Source: Chrysemys picta bellii (Eukaryota). From it: a DNA stretch of 64,000 nt. The stretch covers positions 22,196,001-22,260,000 of the forward strand of contig NC_088796.1 of the NCBI RefSeq assembly GCF_011386835.1, in the 5' to 3' direction. The translations under genes were made by a program, and so were the position numbers. The notes below the pieces were generated by a model. It was not told where the DNA came from. It did no database searches and saw only the letters and a program-made list of their open reading frames with translations. Of this stretch, positions 60,931 through 64,000 are shown piece after piece (the first letter of the stretch is position 1; each line of letters begins with the position of its first letter).

Positions 60931-62282
60931 AGCAACACTTTACCCACTCTGGCTTCAGGCTAGCCACAGTCTCATTTTCCCCTTCAATCCCAGGGCCAAT
61001 CACCTGCCCACATTTTCCTCTTCTTCCCAGGAAGGACTCACTGCCACCTCCTTTCAGGCCCTTGTTCCACGGCACCGTTTTAATAACTGAAACAAACATA
61101 ACATTTACAATCAGTACAGGCTGCTAGAGACCTTTCACTCTTTTCTCCTCTGCTAGGCTAGTCACAGAGAGACCAACCTCTCTACCACAACCCCTTTCAA
61201 CTAGGGCTTTTCAGGCATTGATAGAGAACACTGCCCCCGTTCCCCCCTCCCCCTTCTCAGATGGGTCTGATAAATTGAAAAGGGCAGGTTGGCCTGAGGC
61301 TCCCTAGTCCTTAAAGGGGCAGGCCCCAGCCTGCTACAGGGGCCATAAGTATCTTAGATAGATAGCAATGAACATTTCAACCTGCTATTTAAAGGTCTTT
61401 TATTCATTACCTCTGTTAGAGTCCTAAAAGAACCACCAAAATGGAGGCACAGAACTTAAACTAAATGGCCCTGCACATGCTACCCGTCCCTGGCAGCCAG
61501 CAAACACTACATGTCTGATCTTTCACCTTTTCCAAGGCTGCGATTTAAGAAAGAAAGGTGAAAAATACAGACAAAAACCAGAAAACCAAATCTCCTCTTT
61601 CCTCCCAAACGGGTGGGAATGATTTAAATGCCGAGAAGAAAGATTTTTTTCCCCATGAACCGCTGTATAAACAAACCCCACAAAAGTTCAGTCAGCATTT
61701 CCCTTTGTAAAACTACCTACATATAATGAAGGAGTGAGCACTGGAACAATCATGATTGCAACTCATTTTACTGAGCAGCGGAAGAAACTCGAATAAAGCT
61801 AGCAATGCATGTCTTGGCACTTAGTTAAAGTTGGCCTAAACTGCCTCTGTTTACTCACCCGCCTTTCAGGCAATGCTTCCAAAATGTTTCTCTGGAATAT
61901 GTTCCTTGTGTCTGCAGGAGCTATTTATAATCTACAACACTTATTTTTGGATTACACTCATCTAGGTGGCTCCTTGCCACTAGAGAAAAGGGGTTTAAAT
62001 GAATTCCAAAAACGTGTATGAAGTATTGCACTTGGGCTGAAGCACTTCCAAGTACAGTGGCCTGGCCACGTGCATTGAATGGTCAGACCTGGTGTGAACA
62101 GGCACAGCTCCGTTGACACCAGTGAATGCTCTCTGATGTGTTCACATGGGTTCTGGTCTCTTAAGTGCCCTGCCCTTCTTGGTAGGGATCTCCTCAGAAG
62201 AACCTCTCTCAGAGCATAGGCTGATATGTAGGAGCAACCAGGAAGCAGCTCAAAATGCTTTGTCTGTGTTGGTTATGTAGAA

Positions 62283-62417
62283 CAGCGGTTCTCAACCTAT
62301 TTACCATTGTGGGCCGCATCCAATACTACCTGTATGGCCCTGAGGATGTCACATGGGCCGCAGCTCTGTGCTGATTGGGCCTCAAGTGGCCCGCGGGCTG
62401 CAAATTGAGAACCACTG
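62283..62417. mobile_element. hAT (Charlie-like) MITE (135 bp)
   Basis: CAGCGGTTCTCAA ... TTGAGAACCACTG with TSD ATGTAGAA/ATTTAGAA. Confidence 0.88.
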
Positions 62418-63084
62418 ATTTAGAACTTGTCCTGGATGTAAGCAAGCTGTGCATAGGTTTCAGCAATGCCTACTCCTGTCTACCCCACCCCAAGAAAGGG
62501 ACATGTTAGAAATGCTCCCACTTCTTGTCTTGTCATCTTAGACTTAGGCTGTAAACTCTTCAGGATAAAGCTTTTATTTTGTTTTTACGGCACACAATGG
62601 GGGTCTGGCCTCTGGGAACTCTCAAGACACACATAATAATAACAGATTCGCCCATCTGCAACTAAGTCTGAGCAAGAGAGATTGCTATTATCAGCTAAAG
62701 GTGAATAGAAAGCGTCATTAATATCATGTTGTAATAAAGGTGTGCCAACAATTGGAGAACTGATTTATATATTCATTGTGTACAGACCTTTAATTACAAT
62801 GGAGTTACTCCAGATTTACACCAATATAAGTGAAATCGGAATCTTGCCCTATAACATGTGTACACTGCAAATATAACTTGCCAGTACACATAAATACATT
62901 TGTTTGTAAATGTGCAAACACTGCAAAGACTACAAGATCTCCATACCTCTACTGGGTGGCAAATCCATCTTTTCTGACGTGGAAGAACTTGCATCCAAAA
63001 GGTGTGCAGTCTAGTCAAGAATCCTATCAGTTGCCCATTGTTCTCATGGCAAATCTGAAATCATTGCACTGTACATATGGAGGC

Positions 63085-63265
63085 AGTGCTGCCTATTGGA
63101 AAAGCGCCAGACTGGGACTCGCCCACTGGCTTACTGGGTGACTTTGGGCAAGTCACTGCCCCACTCCCCGTGCCTCAATTTCCCCACTGGCAAAAAGAGG
63201 ATAATGATGTTGCCCTCCTTTGAGTTCTACTGATGACACATGCTGTATAAGAGCTAGATATTACT
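63085..63265 (+). mobile_element. Degenerate CORE-type SINE
   Basis: GACTTTGGGCAAGTCAC core, GTGCCTCAATTTCCCC, and a TAAGAGCTAGATATTA tail. Confidence 0.6.
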
Positions 63266-64000
63266 GTTGCATTTCAGACAGACTGTTCTCACCCTGGGTT
63301 TTATTGCAAAATGTGTTTCTTTCTGCTATGGAGTATTTGCAACAGTGATGGGCAAATCTCCAGTCAGTTATTTGAGTAGCTGGCAATCTGTAGTATTCAC
63401 AGCACTAGCTTCAGTATCTCATGGACCCATTCATGTTATATTTATACTGCAACAGTGAGATTTCCTAAAATTCCCAGAAAGCAGCAACACCGAAAGTCAT
63501 ATTACTAATGACGTGACAACATATAGAGTTACATCTTGCTCCTGTTGAAGTCAATGGCAAAACTCCCTCTCTGACTTCAACCAAAGCAGGGCTGGGTTTA
63601 CAGTCTTATTATTTTCAGCAAGACAGGTTGTCAAGTTAGCAATAGAACTTTTTCAAAATGTAAAGCGAGAATGTGTTTTGAGTGACTGAAGCTCTGTGTT
63701 ACTCTGTAACTAAAGCCCTCAATTTAAGAGACATTTTTGCCATTTGCTCGTAATTCTCAGGAGACGGGAAGGTGAAAAATGGGCCAGTCACTCAGATGGG
63801 CCAGTCCCACAGTTTTTTGTTATATTCTCACCCCTATTACCTGGCATGCAGCCTCTTCCCCCTCTCTCTGCAGGCTGCCCAATCTGTGTGCAGTAATTTG
63901 GATGAGAAAACACAGGGGCTGCATAATTTAAACAGGAGCTATGTCAGTCGGTTCTCTTGTGTCAGTTACATGAAAACATTCATGATTTTTCATACACACA

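Noticed and set aside
48600-64000. Neighbouring gene such as PMAIP1 (adjacent in human synteny)
   Set aside because: No BH3-only or other coding exon and no second CpG island were recognised in this interval.

Overview
Vertebrate genomic DNA, most likely from a turtle (inferred from the repeat landscape: CR1, L2, CORE-type SINEs, Penelope, PIF/Harbinger, hAT, Gypsy). The only host gene I can support is CCBE1 on the minus strand. Coding exon 1 is 47530-47400 (131 nt, signal peptide, ...[21 protein letters not shown]) and exon 2 is 47247-47167 (81 nt, [27 protein letters not shown]). A 152-nt GC-rich intron separates them, and both lie in a CpG island (~47.1-48.6 kb). Positions 1-47166 are part of the very large intron 2; exon 3 was not found by eye. 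Positions above ~48.6 kb are upstream/intergenic. The rest is a nested set of transposon fossils: two defective Harbinger elements, a chromodomain-bearing Gypsy, several solo LTRs with clean TSDs, four CR1 fragments and many hAT/Harbinger MITEs. The most unusual structures are (i) a 46-83 bp-spaced (outer units 61-69 bp) tandem array carrying 7 CCAGATGTT-like E-box motifs directly 5' of the CCBE1 ATG, (ii) a hierarchical (CA)n-punctuated minisatellite starting ~30 nt into intron 2, and (iii) a 208-bp TG...CA element with a 4-bp TSD that carries a tRNA-like Pol III module. I found no convincing new protein-coding system. Most ORFs in the track are repeat- or GC-driven artefacts.
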